DNA of 63,957 nucleotides, filler included, from an uncultured bacterium (lineage in GTDB: Bacteria; Hinthialibacterota; Hinthialibacteria; Hinthialibacterales; Hinthialibacteraceae): the NCBI GenBank assembly GCA_964449065.1. It is 5 parts of 5 records of this genome, joined end to end, with 100 filler letters (N's around TTAATTAATTAA, not from the genome) between each part and the next. Parts side by side here need not be neighbours in the genome. Positions count along the whole stretch, not along the records: positions 1 to 13,857 come from CAYVAZ010000126.1; positions 13,958 to 27,773 come from CAYVAZ010000127.1; 3 more parts are not named here. The stretch is one strand, 5' to 3'. The notes beneath the pieces were generated by a model, which had not been told where the DNA came from, did not search any database, and worked only from the letters and a program-made list of their open reading frames with translations. Shown here piece after piece: positions 10,486-19,015 of the stretch. How positions within the stretch are numbered: the stretch's first letter is position 1; every line of letters begins with the position of its first letter. The position numbers were made by a program, and so were the translations under genes.

Positions 10486-10635
10486 CATCTAACCCTACCA
10501 GGCTAAAGAAGGGGAAGTTCTCTTCAAACATTGGATCTATTATAGCGATTGTCAATAATACGATCTGATCACAAATTACATTATCACGCACCGGCTCGAA
10601 GCCGATGCTCCCCGGCTATTCAACTCTGAAACGCT

Positions 10636-10895
10636 CTAATAAACTTGATTATGAGTTCAAACTGCAAGGAAAATCACCGAAGTATAATTATCTTCTTGCC
10701 GGAACACCAGACGAATATCTCCACCAGCGGCTATCGCACGTTTGCCTTTTTGACCGCCGTGCAGGGCATGGTTTCTAAGTTGGGGGTGGTGAGAGTTCTG
10801 TTCAAATAATCGTAAGGCATCTGCTATTCGATTTTTTGTTTGGGTGTTAATTTGACGAGTTGTTTGCGAAATTCTTTGTGGAATTCTATTAACAT
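10636..10895 (-). pseudogene. YafQ/RelE-family toxin pseudogene
   Basis: Manual translation MLIEFHKEFRKQLVKLTPKQK/NRIADALRLFEQNSHHPQLRNHALHGGQKGKRAIAAGGDIRLVFRQEDNYTSVIFLAV*THNQVY. One A is missing in the A-run near 10832, and TGA replaces the Gly of (V/I)GTH. Confidence 0.85.
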
Positions 10896-10907
10896 TCCCT
10901 ACCCGCT

Positions 10908-11138
10908 TTAGGTTAACTTCAACGATTTAATCGCTTCTTCCATCGACGAAAACTTTTCAACATTGATTCCCTGTTTTGCCTCTTCATACCGCCGGTCGAG
11001 CTTCGCGAGATCGTCTTCAGAATATTGGGTGGCTTTGAATTCCTCTTCTTCGATAGAGTACACGAAGTCTATCACAGCCTGTTTTTCTTCCGGAGGGAGT
11101 TTTTTGAAGGCCTCTATACAGTCTTTTGCTGTATTCAT
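10908..11138 (-). CDS. Putative antitoxin of the YafQ-like toxin
   Basis: Small acidic protein ending FSSMEEAIKSL, 12 nt upstream of the toxin; alternative GTG start at 11150. Confidence 0.75.
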   Translation of the reverse strand: MNTAKDCIEAFKKLPPEEKQAVIDFVYSIEEEEFKATQYSEDDLAKLDRRYEEAKQGINVEKFSSMEEAIKSLKLT

Positions 11139-11272
11139 ATTAACTTTCACATTCGGAGAGTTGGCTTATTATTTTTAATTGTACAGAATAATAGGCAAAT
11201 TCAAAGTCTATCTACCATTGTGAATGGGTAAGGGGTCAGCGGGATGAAGTAAAAAACCGACAGATCGTCTTT

Positions 11273-11363
11273 ATTTATTTCATTCTACTTGTAGTTTGCA
11301 TTGGCTTTTTATTGGGATTTTGCCTACTATTTTCGGCGGCCGGTTTTGGAAGGTGTTTGAACG
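11273..11363 (+). pseudogene. Degenerate copy of the 3' end of the 9967-10239 gene
   Basis: Aligns with 10141-10232 (ATTTATTTCATTCT...CGGTTTTGGAAGGTGTTTGAACG) with substitutions and one T deleted. Confidence 0.8.
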
Positions 11364-11408
11364 TCGATGGCCATAATTTTTTTTGAGGGTATCCTATACA
11401 ATTAGTAA

Positions 11409-11685
11409 CTCACGTTACGCTATTATTGATTGACAACTTCTTGCAAAATGGTTTTTGTTTTAGGCCAAATACTCTAAGTTAAACGCAAGGTCTATCGTCT
11501 TCTCCCTTTGGTAGAAGATAAGAGATGAGGGCGATAAGAGCGATTGCTCCCTACTACTCAGTCGTGTACAAAAAAAGTATTGTCTTCATAAACCCTCACC
11601 CCAACCCTCTCCCAGTGTGCGAGGGCGATAGACGCAGCGAATGATTAGAATTAGAGTGCATAGAGTAGTGAATACGTAAAATCAG
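11409..11685. mobile_element. MITE family B (CTGAYGTTACG-like TIRs)
   Basis: Ends CTCACGTTACG / CGTAAAATCAG; homologous to 27108-27381 (reverse) and 44943-45145; contains a CCCTCACCCC..CCCTCTCCC..GAGGG repeat. Confidence 0.75.
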
Positions 11686-11699
11686 TTCGAAAGAAACCC

Positions 11700-12002
11700 A
11701 TGTACCTAAAACCGTATAGACCTCTTAAAAAACCCAAGACAGACCTGCTCACGTATATCATCCGGTTTGTGTTTGGCTGTGTGTTTGGACTCATCATGCT
11801 TGCAGTGGTGGGGTTTTCGCGGCGGATTAACCCGTTAGGGGCGCAATACGGCGATGAACTGCGCGGGCTGCTATTAAAAGGAACCATTCCGGAAAGCCCG
11901 GAGTTGTTTTTGTATATGCTGGGCATCGTATGCTTTTTCGGCGTGATTTCTTCGTTGTTTGGCGATAAGTTTTGGGGCATGTTTGGGCAGAATTTTCCGT
12001 AA
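11700..12002 (+). CDS. Small 2-TM hypothetical protein (paralog of 9967-10239)
   Basis: 100 aa; conserved N- and C-terminal blocks shared with the paralog, different loop. Confidence 0.75.
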   Translation: MYLKPYRPLKKPKTDLLTYIIRFVFGCVFGLIMLAVVGFSRRINPLGAQYGDELRGLLLKGTIPESPELFLYMLGIVCFFGVISSLFGDKFWGMFGQNFP

Positions 12003-12067
12003 TGACTTTTCCCTAAACTATTAATACGATCAGCAAATATGTTTTGATTGAAACGGATTGTATTTCC

Positions 12068-12143
12068 GGCTCGGCGGGAGTCTCGCCCTCCCAAGGCTCG
12101 CTTCGCGAGTGGTGGGCTACGCTTCGCTTTGAGCCCACCCTAC
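12068..12143. repeat. Composite REP doublet (GGAG-type plus GTAG-type)
   Basis: GGCTCGGCGGGAGTCTCGCCCTCCCA plus GGTGGGCTACGCTTCGCTTTGAGCCCACCCTAC; the same composite occurs inverted at 60591-60667. Confidence 0.85.
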
Positions 12144-12179
12144 CCATTGAAATACCGGCTGGAAGTTGTTGCCCGCCGG

Positions 12180-12887
12180 CTATTCAATTGGGAAACGCTG
12201 TAAATAATCTTGTACCACTTCAAGCGAATGAGCGTAGAAATTTCGCTTGCCGTTCTTGCTTTCTTTATCCGCTCTCGCTGCGATTCCTATTACTTCTCCT
12301 TTTTCGTTTAAAACAGGTGAACCGGAATATCCCGGTTTGGCGACTCCATAAAAAGTATGTTCTACAAAATCCCCTGCATCCTTTGAATCAACATATTCGA
12401 CACGGCTAACCTTAATTTGTATTTTGGTGGTATCCATGATATGCCATCCCGCTAACCATGCGGGAGAAACCTCACCGGTATTGAATGAAGCCATTTGGAT
12501 TGGGGTGTTAGAAATGATGGTATCACCGGCGGGTTTCAAAATCGCAATATCGTGTTTTTTATAGGTTTTGACTGTAGATAACGGGATGTTTTCTATGTGG
12601 TATTTTCCCATGAGAGATTTTTCATTGAAGTTAGAAATTTGTGTAAAAATCATCCCGGTGCAGTCATCCACAACGTGAGCGCATGTTACAACAACCGTTG
12701 GGGGGCCTACAATAAATCCTGTTCCTACAACCAAACGGTCTGACGCCCTTGCCAACACACCAACACTGCCGGGATGATATGTTAATTCATGCTCCGGCCA
12801 AAACAGGTATAGGATGAGCGCAAAAATCGCGGTTCCGATGCCGATGAAATACGCAAGAAGTTTAAGCAGGGTTCTAAGAATACTCAT
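12180..12887 (-). CDS. Membrane-anchored trypsin-like (S1) serine protease
   Basis: TCAHVV (His), HDIAIL (Asp), GYSGSPV (Ser); N-terminal TM. Confidence 0.88.
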   Translation of the reverse strand: MSILRTLLKLLAYFIGIGTAIFALILYLFWPEHELTYHPGSVGVLARASDRLVVGTGFIVGPPTVVVTCAHVVDDCTGMIFTQISNFNEKSLMGKYHIENIPLSTVKTYKKHDIAILKPAGDTIISNTPIQMASFNTGEVSPAWLAGWHIMDTTKIQIKVSRVEYVDSKDAGDFVEHTFYGVAKPGYSGSPVLNEKGEVIGIAARADKESKNGKRNFYAHSLEVVQDYLQRFPIE

Positions 12888-12902
12888 GATAACTCAGACA
12901 AA

Positions 12903-13857
12903 CTAACTTTCCTCCTCTCCGGTGGCGAATAACGCTTTGGTGAAAGCATCGGCGTTGAATGGTTCTAAATCTTCTATCCCCTCTCCAACGCCGATAAATT
13001 TCACCGGGAGTTTTAATTGCTTGTGGAGCGCCATGACTACACCGCCTTTGGCGGTGCCGTCCAGTTTGGTGAGAATAAGGCCGGAGATTGGGCAAGATTC
13101 CATAAAGGTTTGCGCTTGCTTCAGGGCGTTTTGGCCGGTGGAGGCATCGAGCACCAGCAAGGTTTCATGGGGGGCACCGGGGAACTCGCGGTCAATCACA
13201 CGGACCATCTTGGCGAGTTCCTGCATCAAATTGGATTTGGTGTGCAGGCGCCCGGCGGTGTCGATGATTACGCAATCGGGTTTGGTTTCTTTGGCTTTGG
13301 TCATTGCTTTAAACACAACGGAGGAAGGATCAGCNNNNNNNNNNCCCCTTCTTTGCCTGGAACGATATCGACCCCGGCGCGGTCTGCCCATATATTTAAC
13401 TGGTTAATTGCGGCGGCACGGAAGGTATCGGCCGCGACCATCAGGACCGACCTGCCCTGCCCTTTGAGACGGTGCGCCAGTTTGCCGATGGCGGTGGTTT
13501 TGCCGACACCGTTGACTCCGATAATGAGATAGATGCTGGGCGGGGTAGCGGCGGTTTTGAGATCGCGGTCTCCCCACTCGATCATCTCACTGGCGATGTT
13601 TTGGAGTGTAGAAGTAAGCCATTGGAGATCAGAGGATTCGGCTTTCTTTTCGCGGCGGATGCGTTCGCGCAGTTCGCCGATGAGTGCCATCGAGGTTTCG
13701 TAGCCTACATCGGCGGAGATGAGCATTTCTTCGAGTTCATCCATCAACTCATCATCGATTTTGCCGCGCAAGCGAAACAGATTAACGGTTTTTTGGACAA
13801 TGGATTCGCGGGTTTTGCTGAGGCGTTCGCGCAGTTTGGCGAAGAGACCTTTTTTCT
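12903..13857 (-). CDS. ftsY: SRP receptor FtsY (5' end lost at contig edge; 10-N gap at 13335-13344)
   Basis: GVNGVGKTT, ADTFRAAA, DTAGRLH, TKLDGTAKGG; the gap flanks join as GKEG-ADP. Confidence 0.95.
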
Positions 13858-13957
13858 NNNNNNNNNNNNNNNNNNNNNNNNNNNNNNNNNNNNNNNNNNN
13901 NTTAATTAATTAANNNNNNNNNNNNNNNNNNNNNNNNNNNNNNNNNNNNNNNNNNNN
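13858..13957. other. Artificial contig linker
   Basis: 44N-TTAATTAATTAA-44N (stops in all six frames). Confidence 0.99.
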
Positions 13958-14036
13958 GAGCCGTAGGCTCCGGGGGATTTTGCGTAGTTGAAAGCGTGCT
14001 TCGATCCCCCCCCCTTAATAAGGGGGGATAACAACG
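13958..14036. repeat. CCCCCTT-N-TAAGGGGG / GAGCCGTAGGCTC palindromic repeat family
   Basis: Related copies at about 28697-28727, 40119-40171, 43397-43430, 60239-60273 and 63929-63957. Confidence 0.75.
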
Positions 14037-14063
14037 ACAGTCTCTTCGTTGCGTACCATCAGT

Positions 14064-14513
14064 TTATAATTCTTTAATGTGCTCGCGGGCTTCGTCCAAT
14101 TCTTCTTGCACACTTGTGGGGATGGTTTCCCACTGTTCAACGGCATCGATATATTTTTGGAAATATTCTTTTGCCGATTTCTTATCGTCTTGCTCTTCAT
14201 ACACGATAGCCATGTTGAAGAACAACTCCGGACGGTCGCAGCCGCCTTTGAGCGCCTTTTCAAACTCTTTCAATCCGGCCTTTAAGTCGCCTTGTTCACA
14301 CAAGATGGTGCCGGCATTATAATAATCAAGCGGGGTGGTGGTTTTCCACCCTAACTCTTTCTTCATTTCAAATAATTTATTGGGAGGCAAACTATACAAC
14401 AACGTGCAGCCATAGCGTTGAAACGCGTATGTGCGATCCGCTTCCAACAACTCTTGAAAGCGTTCGATCTCAAAGCCATACATATCTACAGATTCAATCG
14501 TTTGCGATTCCAT
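14064..14513 (-). CDS. TPR-repeat protein
   Basis: YYNAGTILCEQGDLKAGLKEFEKAL and FFNMAIVYEEQ TPR-like motifs; AAGGAAG RBS-like site. Confidence 0.8.
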   Translation of the reverse strand: MESQTIESVDMYGFEIERFQELLEADRTYAFQRYGCTLLYSLPPNKLFEMKKELGWKTTTPLDYYNAGTILCEQGDLKAGLKEFEKALKGGCDRPELFFNMAIVYEEQDDKKSAKEYFQKYIDAVEQWETIPTSVQEELDEAREHIKEL

Positions 14514-14713
14514 AATTCATTCTTCCTTTACTTTATCACGGGCAAACGGATATTATAGAATTAAAGATTTCTTTCACAAGGCTTCAGACCGTTCTTACTT
14601 TACCCTGTATATATTCTATATAGAATGTATAATATAAGGGACGACTTTATAAGGAATATCCCTACAAGAAAAAGTAAAAAATTATTACATTGGTGGCGAA
14701 AACGAGTTAGAGT

Positions 14714-15451
14714 ATGATTAACGATATCAATGCAGTAAACCAAGAGTTGAATGGCAAATCGGCTCAAGAGATCATACAATGGGCGTATAAAGCGTTTGGA
14801 ACGAAATTGGGTATGCTTTCCAGCATGCAGCGCACCGCGTCGGTATTGATGCATATGCTGTATGGTAAGGGGTTAACCGATGTTGAAATTATGTTTGTGG
14901 ATACCCAATATCACTTTCAAGAAACCTTGGATTTGCGGGACCGCTTTATTGAAGAATACGGCTTAAATATTCATACATATTATCCGGAAAAAACGCCGGA
15001 AGAGCAATTTTTGGAGTTTGGCAGAGAACTGTATTTGCGGGATGGCGATTATCAGCAATGCTGCCGGCTGCGGAAAGAAGTTCCTTACTTAAAGGCGTCC
15101 AAAAAATTTGATGCGCTGCTTTCTGGATTGATGCGTTCTGAAGGCGGAGCTAGAAAGAATGTGGAACCGGTGTTGTATGATTCGCGCAACGATGTATACA
15201 AAATTCATCCGATCCTGGAATGGACGATGGATGATGTAAATGAATACAACCGCAAACATGATGTTCCTGTACACCCGCTGCACGAACAGGGGTATCCTAG
15301 CATCGGGTGTTGGACGTGCACGACCCCGGTGCGAATCGGAGAAGATCAGCGCGCGGGGCGTTGGCGCCACATTCGCGATTCCAACCCGGATATGGGGCAA
15401 AAATTGTATTGCGGGATCAACTTAGTGGATTTGCAAAAGAAAAAGAATTAA
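14714..15451 (+). CDS. cysH: PAPS/APS reductase (CysH family, likely Fe-S APS type)
   Basis: FVDTQYHFQETL, CCRLRK, GYPSIGCWTCT, RAGRW. Confidence 0.9.
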   Translation: MINDINAVNQELNGKSAQEIIQWAYKAFGTKLGMLSSMQRTASVLMHMLYGKGLTDVEIMFVDTQYHFQETLDLRDRFIEEYGLNIHTYYPEKTPEEQFLEFGRELYLRDGDYQQCCRLRKEVPYLKASKKFDALLSGLMRSEGGARKNVEPVLYDSRNDVYKIHPILEWTMDDVNEYNRKHDVPVHPLHEQGYPSIGCWTCTTPVRIGEDQRAGRWRHIRDSNPDMGQKLYCGINLVDLQKKKN

Positions 15452-15469
15452 AAACGAAAAGGTCATTTC

Positions 15470-16411
15470 ATGCGGTTTCAGCACGATTGCATAGCGTGTT
15501 CCAAAAAACAAGGACAGCGGATTTTTCAGGTGGGATTGGAGTCAAGATTGCAGTCAAGCCAATCCGCCAATGAAAACGGCTGCCTGGATGCCTTAAACCG
15601 CGAATTGAATGACCTATTAGATCATGCCGCCCCCAATCTATCACCTGCCGATTTATCCTTTCTGGCGATCCGCGCCGGTGAAAAACACAGCGGCAACAGC
15701 GAGCCTTTTGCGGAGATCAAAAGCAAACACAACCGGTTGGCGCTGGATTTGTATGATGATTTAAAGGCTAAAATCAATGCGAGCGAAGATCCCCTTCATA
15801 CCGCCTGTTTGCTTTCCGCCTGTGGAAACATTATCGATATGGGAACCCAAGAGAATTTTGATATTCATCAAACCATCGACAAGGTGTTGGGCGACGGCTT
15901 TAAGGTTGATCAATTTGAACGCTTTATGCAAATGCTGGAAGCTGCGTGGGACAAAGAAGAAATGGTCAACATTGCTTACCTTTGCGATAACGCCGGAGAG
16001 ATTGTTTTCGACAAGATATTCATTGAGCAGTTGATCTGCAGCTATCCGCATTTGGAAATCACCGCCGTTGTGAACCGGGGGCCGATCCTTAACGACGCCA
16101 CCATGACCGACGCGCTGGAGACCGGCCTGGATAAAGTGGTTCCCGTGATTGATAACGGAACCAGTGATTTGGGGACCGTGCTTGCCAACACCAGCCACGA
16201 ATTTGCGTTGGTGTATGACAACGCCGACGTCATCATCTCCAAAGGGCAAGCGAATTATGAAACGCTCTCCGGCCGCGATGAAACGATCTTCTTTATCTTA
16301 AAAGCCAAGTGCAATGTCATCGCCCAATCGCTGGGTGTGGATTATTTGGACGCCGTCATGGCCCACCAAGAGTATGTCAAAGAATCGCAAAAAGCCGCCT
16401 TCGGGGAATGA
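15470..16411 (+). CDS. ARMT1-like/DUF89 damage-control phosphatase
   Basis: N-terminal CxxC; GNIID, DNAGEIVFD, PILNDAT, ISKGQANYETL, KAKC. Confidence 0.9.
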   Translation: MRFQHDCIACSKKQGQRIFQVGLESRLQSSQSANENGCLDALNRELNDLLDHAAPNLSPADLSFLAIRAGEKHSGNSEPFAEIKSKHNRLALDLYDDLKAKINASEDPLHTACLLSACGNIIDMGTQENFDIHQTIDKVLGDGFKVDQFERFMQMLEAAWDKEEMVNIAYLCDNAGEIVFDKIFIEQLICSYPHLEITAVVNRGPILNDATMTDALETGLDKVVPVIDNGTSDLGTVLANTSHEFALVYDNADVIISKGQANYETLSGRDETIFFILKAKCNVIAQSLGVDYLDAVMAHQEYVKESQKAAFGE

Positions 16412-16493
16412 AAAAAGGCGGATCGCTTGAAGTAATACTCCAAGGTAATCGCTATGAATTAAGCGTTTTAGTCAAGCAGCATCCATTCCATTA

Positions 16494-16550
16494 TACCATT
16501 TTCAATAGGATTGTTCACACAAATCAAATCGGAAAATCAAATCGGCTAAC
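16494..16550. mobile_element. Remnant left end of a TACC-type MITE
   Basis: TTA-TACCATTTTCAATAGGATTGTTCAC..AAATCAAA.CGG resembles the left end of 32808-33073. Confidence 0.55.
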
Positions 16551-16651
16551 CATGAATCCTTCGTTTGAATGCCTAGAGCGTTTCAGCGAGTCATCCACAT
16601 TTACCGTGATATTGTCAACCCAATCATCCAACCCTTGTTTAGCCACAGTGA

Positions 16652-16682
16652 AAAAGCCGTACTCGAAATGAGTACGGCTTTT
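16652..16682. terminator. Bidirectional rho-independent terminator between convergent DUF89 and dnaA genes
   Basis: AAAAGCCGTACTC-GAAAT-GAGTACGGCTTTT perfect hairpin. Confidence 0.8.
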
Positions 16683-16776
16683 CGGCGCTTTTGCCCCGTC
16701 AGCACCTTAGAATCCCTCAAACCATTTGAAATCAAACATCCTGAATCCAGGATGGATCATCCGGTTTGGCGTTCGC

Positions 16777-18180
16777 TTACTGCGAATTGAACGAATCGGC
16801 CAGTTGCTGAATCTTGCTGCGCAATTTGGGGTCCTGCTCGATCTCTTTTTGGATTTTATTGCAGGCAAACAACACAGTGGTATGGTCTTTATTGCCAAAA
16901 AACGTGCCGATTTCCGGGAAAGAATGGCGCGTTAACGTCCGGCTCAAATACATGGCTACCTGGCGCGGCAGCGCGATGGAGCGGGAGCGGTTTTTCCCAA
17001 TGATATCCGAAGGTTTGATGTTGAATGCTTCCGCCACTTTCCGTTGAATTTTTTCGATGGAGATTTCTTTCACTTCACGGTCATACAACTCGCCCAACAC
17101 TTCTTTTGCCATTTCTGCATTAATGGCTTCATGAGAAAAGGTGGCATGTGCTATCACTTTTTGTAACGCTCCTTCCAATTCACGGATGGATGTACTAATT
17201 TTCTTCGCGACAAATTCAATCACTTCATCATCGATTTCAATTTTGATATTTTCACATTTTTTCCGTAAAATCGCCATCCGCAGTTCGATATCCGGCGGTC
17301 CGATATCCACGATGAGTCCCCATTCAAACCGCGAACGCAGACGGTCTTCGATGGTGGGAATGTCTTTGGGGGGCCGGTCGCTGGAGATAACAATTTGTTT
17401 TTTGCGGTTATGCAACGCGTTGAAGGTATGGAAGAACTCTTCTTGCGTGGACTCTTTTCCGGCCAAAAATTGAATGTCATCAATCAGCAATACATCAACA
17501 TTGCGGAACAAGGCTTGAAACGTTAACCGTTCATTGCGCTTAATGGCATCGATGAACATGTTTACAAATTGTTCTGCCGATAGATAGGCTACGGTTTTAT
17601 TCGGCTGCTTTTTAAGAACCGCATTGCCGATGGCCTGCATTAAGTGTGTTTTTCCTAACCCAACACCGCCGTATACAAATAACGGGTTGTAGGATTCGGC
17701 CGGTGATTCGGCGACCGCTTCCGCCGCGGCGTTGGCCATTTTATTGCTGGAACCGATCACAAACGTTTCAAACGTATAGTTTTCGTTCAACGGATCCAAT
17801 TGCAGGGGTGTTTGAGTGAATTTAAGTTTCTGCGGTTTGGTTACAACCAAATTCGGAGTTTCCCGTTCAACAACATGTTGTGAGACGCCATTGCTTCTTT
17901 CCGGAATTTCATGTTCTTGTACCTGCAACGCAATTTTCCGTTGCAACAACGAAGAAAAAATTTCGGTTAAAAGGGATTGGTAATTCTCATTGATATACCG
18001 TTTTCGTTCGGCAGAAGGAACCCCGACTTTTACGGTTCCATTGTTGACAGATAGAACTTGGACCATACGAAATTGGTTTTCCACTTCTTCTTCGGATATT
18101 ATCCTGCGTAATTCCGCTTCTGCGCATTTCCATAGCGTTTCTTTGTTTGAAACTTCAACAACAGAAGGAATAGGAATCAT
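16777..18180 (-). CDS. dnaA: Chromosomal replication initiator DnaA
   Basis: YTFETFV, YNPLFVYGGVGLGKTHL, LLIDDIQF, RQVAMYL, KDHTTV; start set at ATG 18180 with AGGAGG upstream. Confidence 0.98.
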   Translation of the reverse strand: MIPIPSVVEVSNKETLWKCAEAELRRIISEEEVENQFRMVQVLSVNNGTVKVGVPSAERKRYINENYQSLLTEIFSSLLQRKIALQVQEHEIPERSNGVSQHVVERETPNLVVTKPQKLKFTQTPLQLDPLNENYTFETFVIGSSNKMANAAAEAVAESPAESYNPLFVYGGVGLGKTHLMQAIGNAVLKKQPNKTVAYLSAEQFVNMFIDAIKRNERLTFQALFRNVDVLLIDDIQFLAGKESTQEEFFHTFNALHNRKKQIVISSDRPPKDIPTIEDRLRSRFEWGLIVDIGPPDIELRMAILRKKCENIKIEIDDEVIEFVAKKISTSIRELEGALQKVIAHATFSHEAINAEMAKEVLGELYDREVKEISIEKIQRKVAEAFNIKPSDIIGKNRSRSIALPRQVAMYLSRTLTRHSFPEIGTFFGNKDHTTVLFACNKIQKEIEQDPKLRSKIQQLADSFNSQ

Positions 18181-18199
18181 AGTATGAATCTCCTCCTTT

Positions 18200-19015
18200 T
18201 TTTTCTTCGTGCACAACACAATCCCATAACAATCTTACCCATTACCATCATACCCATTAAAATCATATCAAAATTGCAAGACAAGACTGTTCTTCTCTTT
18301 CGTGAGAAAGAACAACCAACCCCTTAGGCTTAAAAGGGTTTCTTCATGTATGTATACGTCTAGAAATTCAACACAGAAATGAAGAACAATGTAATAAAAA
18401 ATATAATTTTATGACTGGATTGAAAAAATAGAAATTTGAAAATAACAATCTTAGCTTGGTTTGGATAATGAAATTGGTCATTCTGCAAGTAATCCTATCG
18501 AAATATTTAACCATTCTGGTTTATCCACACTCTTATCCACAGCATACTAACAAGTTGATTTTTTTTATCTTAGATCAATCAATGAGTAAGTTTTACCACT
18601 CTATCCTGATAAAAGCAATAGCTGAATCTTCCAGTGACTTTGAAAAAGCAAATTTAAACTCATCTAAGGTAAAAAAGTTAAAGGCGTTAGCGTCTTCAAA
18701 AAAATTCAAGAAAATTTATTCAAGAAATCCAGTCATTTTGTTTCATTCTTATAATCGCATTAAATCCAGATAGTTATATTCTATTCAAAAACACAGGGTA
18801 ATTCTAATCGTTCTAAAATAATAATTTTCAAATAGTTAGTTATCCTCAATTCCTGTGCTATTGTTCAAAATGTTTACGTAATCCTAACATTTTCAAAGGA
18901 TTACAAACATTGAATTATTCTAGGGTATTCCCCTATGTGATTTTCCGTGAATATTTTCTTCACCGTCAATCTAAAAAAAAATATAAATAACTGAAACATA
19001 TAGATTTATTATTTA
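18200..19015. promoter_or_regulatory. Probable oriC / dnaA promoter region
   Basis: About 0.8 kb AT-rich non-coding DNA; perfect TTATCCACA boxes at 18521-18529 and 18533-18541; 1-mismatch boxes at 18460-18468 and 18840-18848. Confidence 0.7.

Noticed and set aside
10636..10700. TGA at a conserved Gly suggesting genetic code 25
   Set aside because: TGA terminates many normal genes here, and the same gene has an independent frameshift.
12044..12409. ORFs translating REP/MITE DNA (also 20311, 26971, 32849, 45039, 56799, 56909, 60555)
   Set aside because: Shared peptides such as WWATLRFEPTL and GSAGASPSQ come from DNA repeats, not protein families.
13335..13344. Apparent frameshift splitting ftsY into two ORFs
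   Set aside because: It coincides with a 10-N scaffold gap; merging the flanks with a 1-nt overlap gives in-frame GAA GGG GCT GAT (EGAD).
13902..13913. TTAATTAATTAA recurring about every 13.9 kb
   Set aside because: Artificial six-frame-stop linker inside N runs, not a biological periodicity.
18456..18773. 105-aa ORF upstream of dnaA
   Set aside because: AT-rich, no recognisable motif, overlaps the DnaA boxes.
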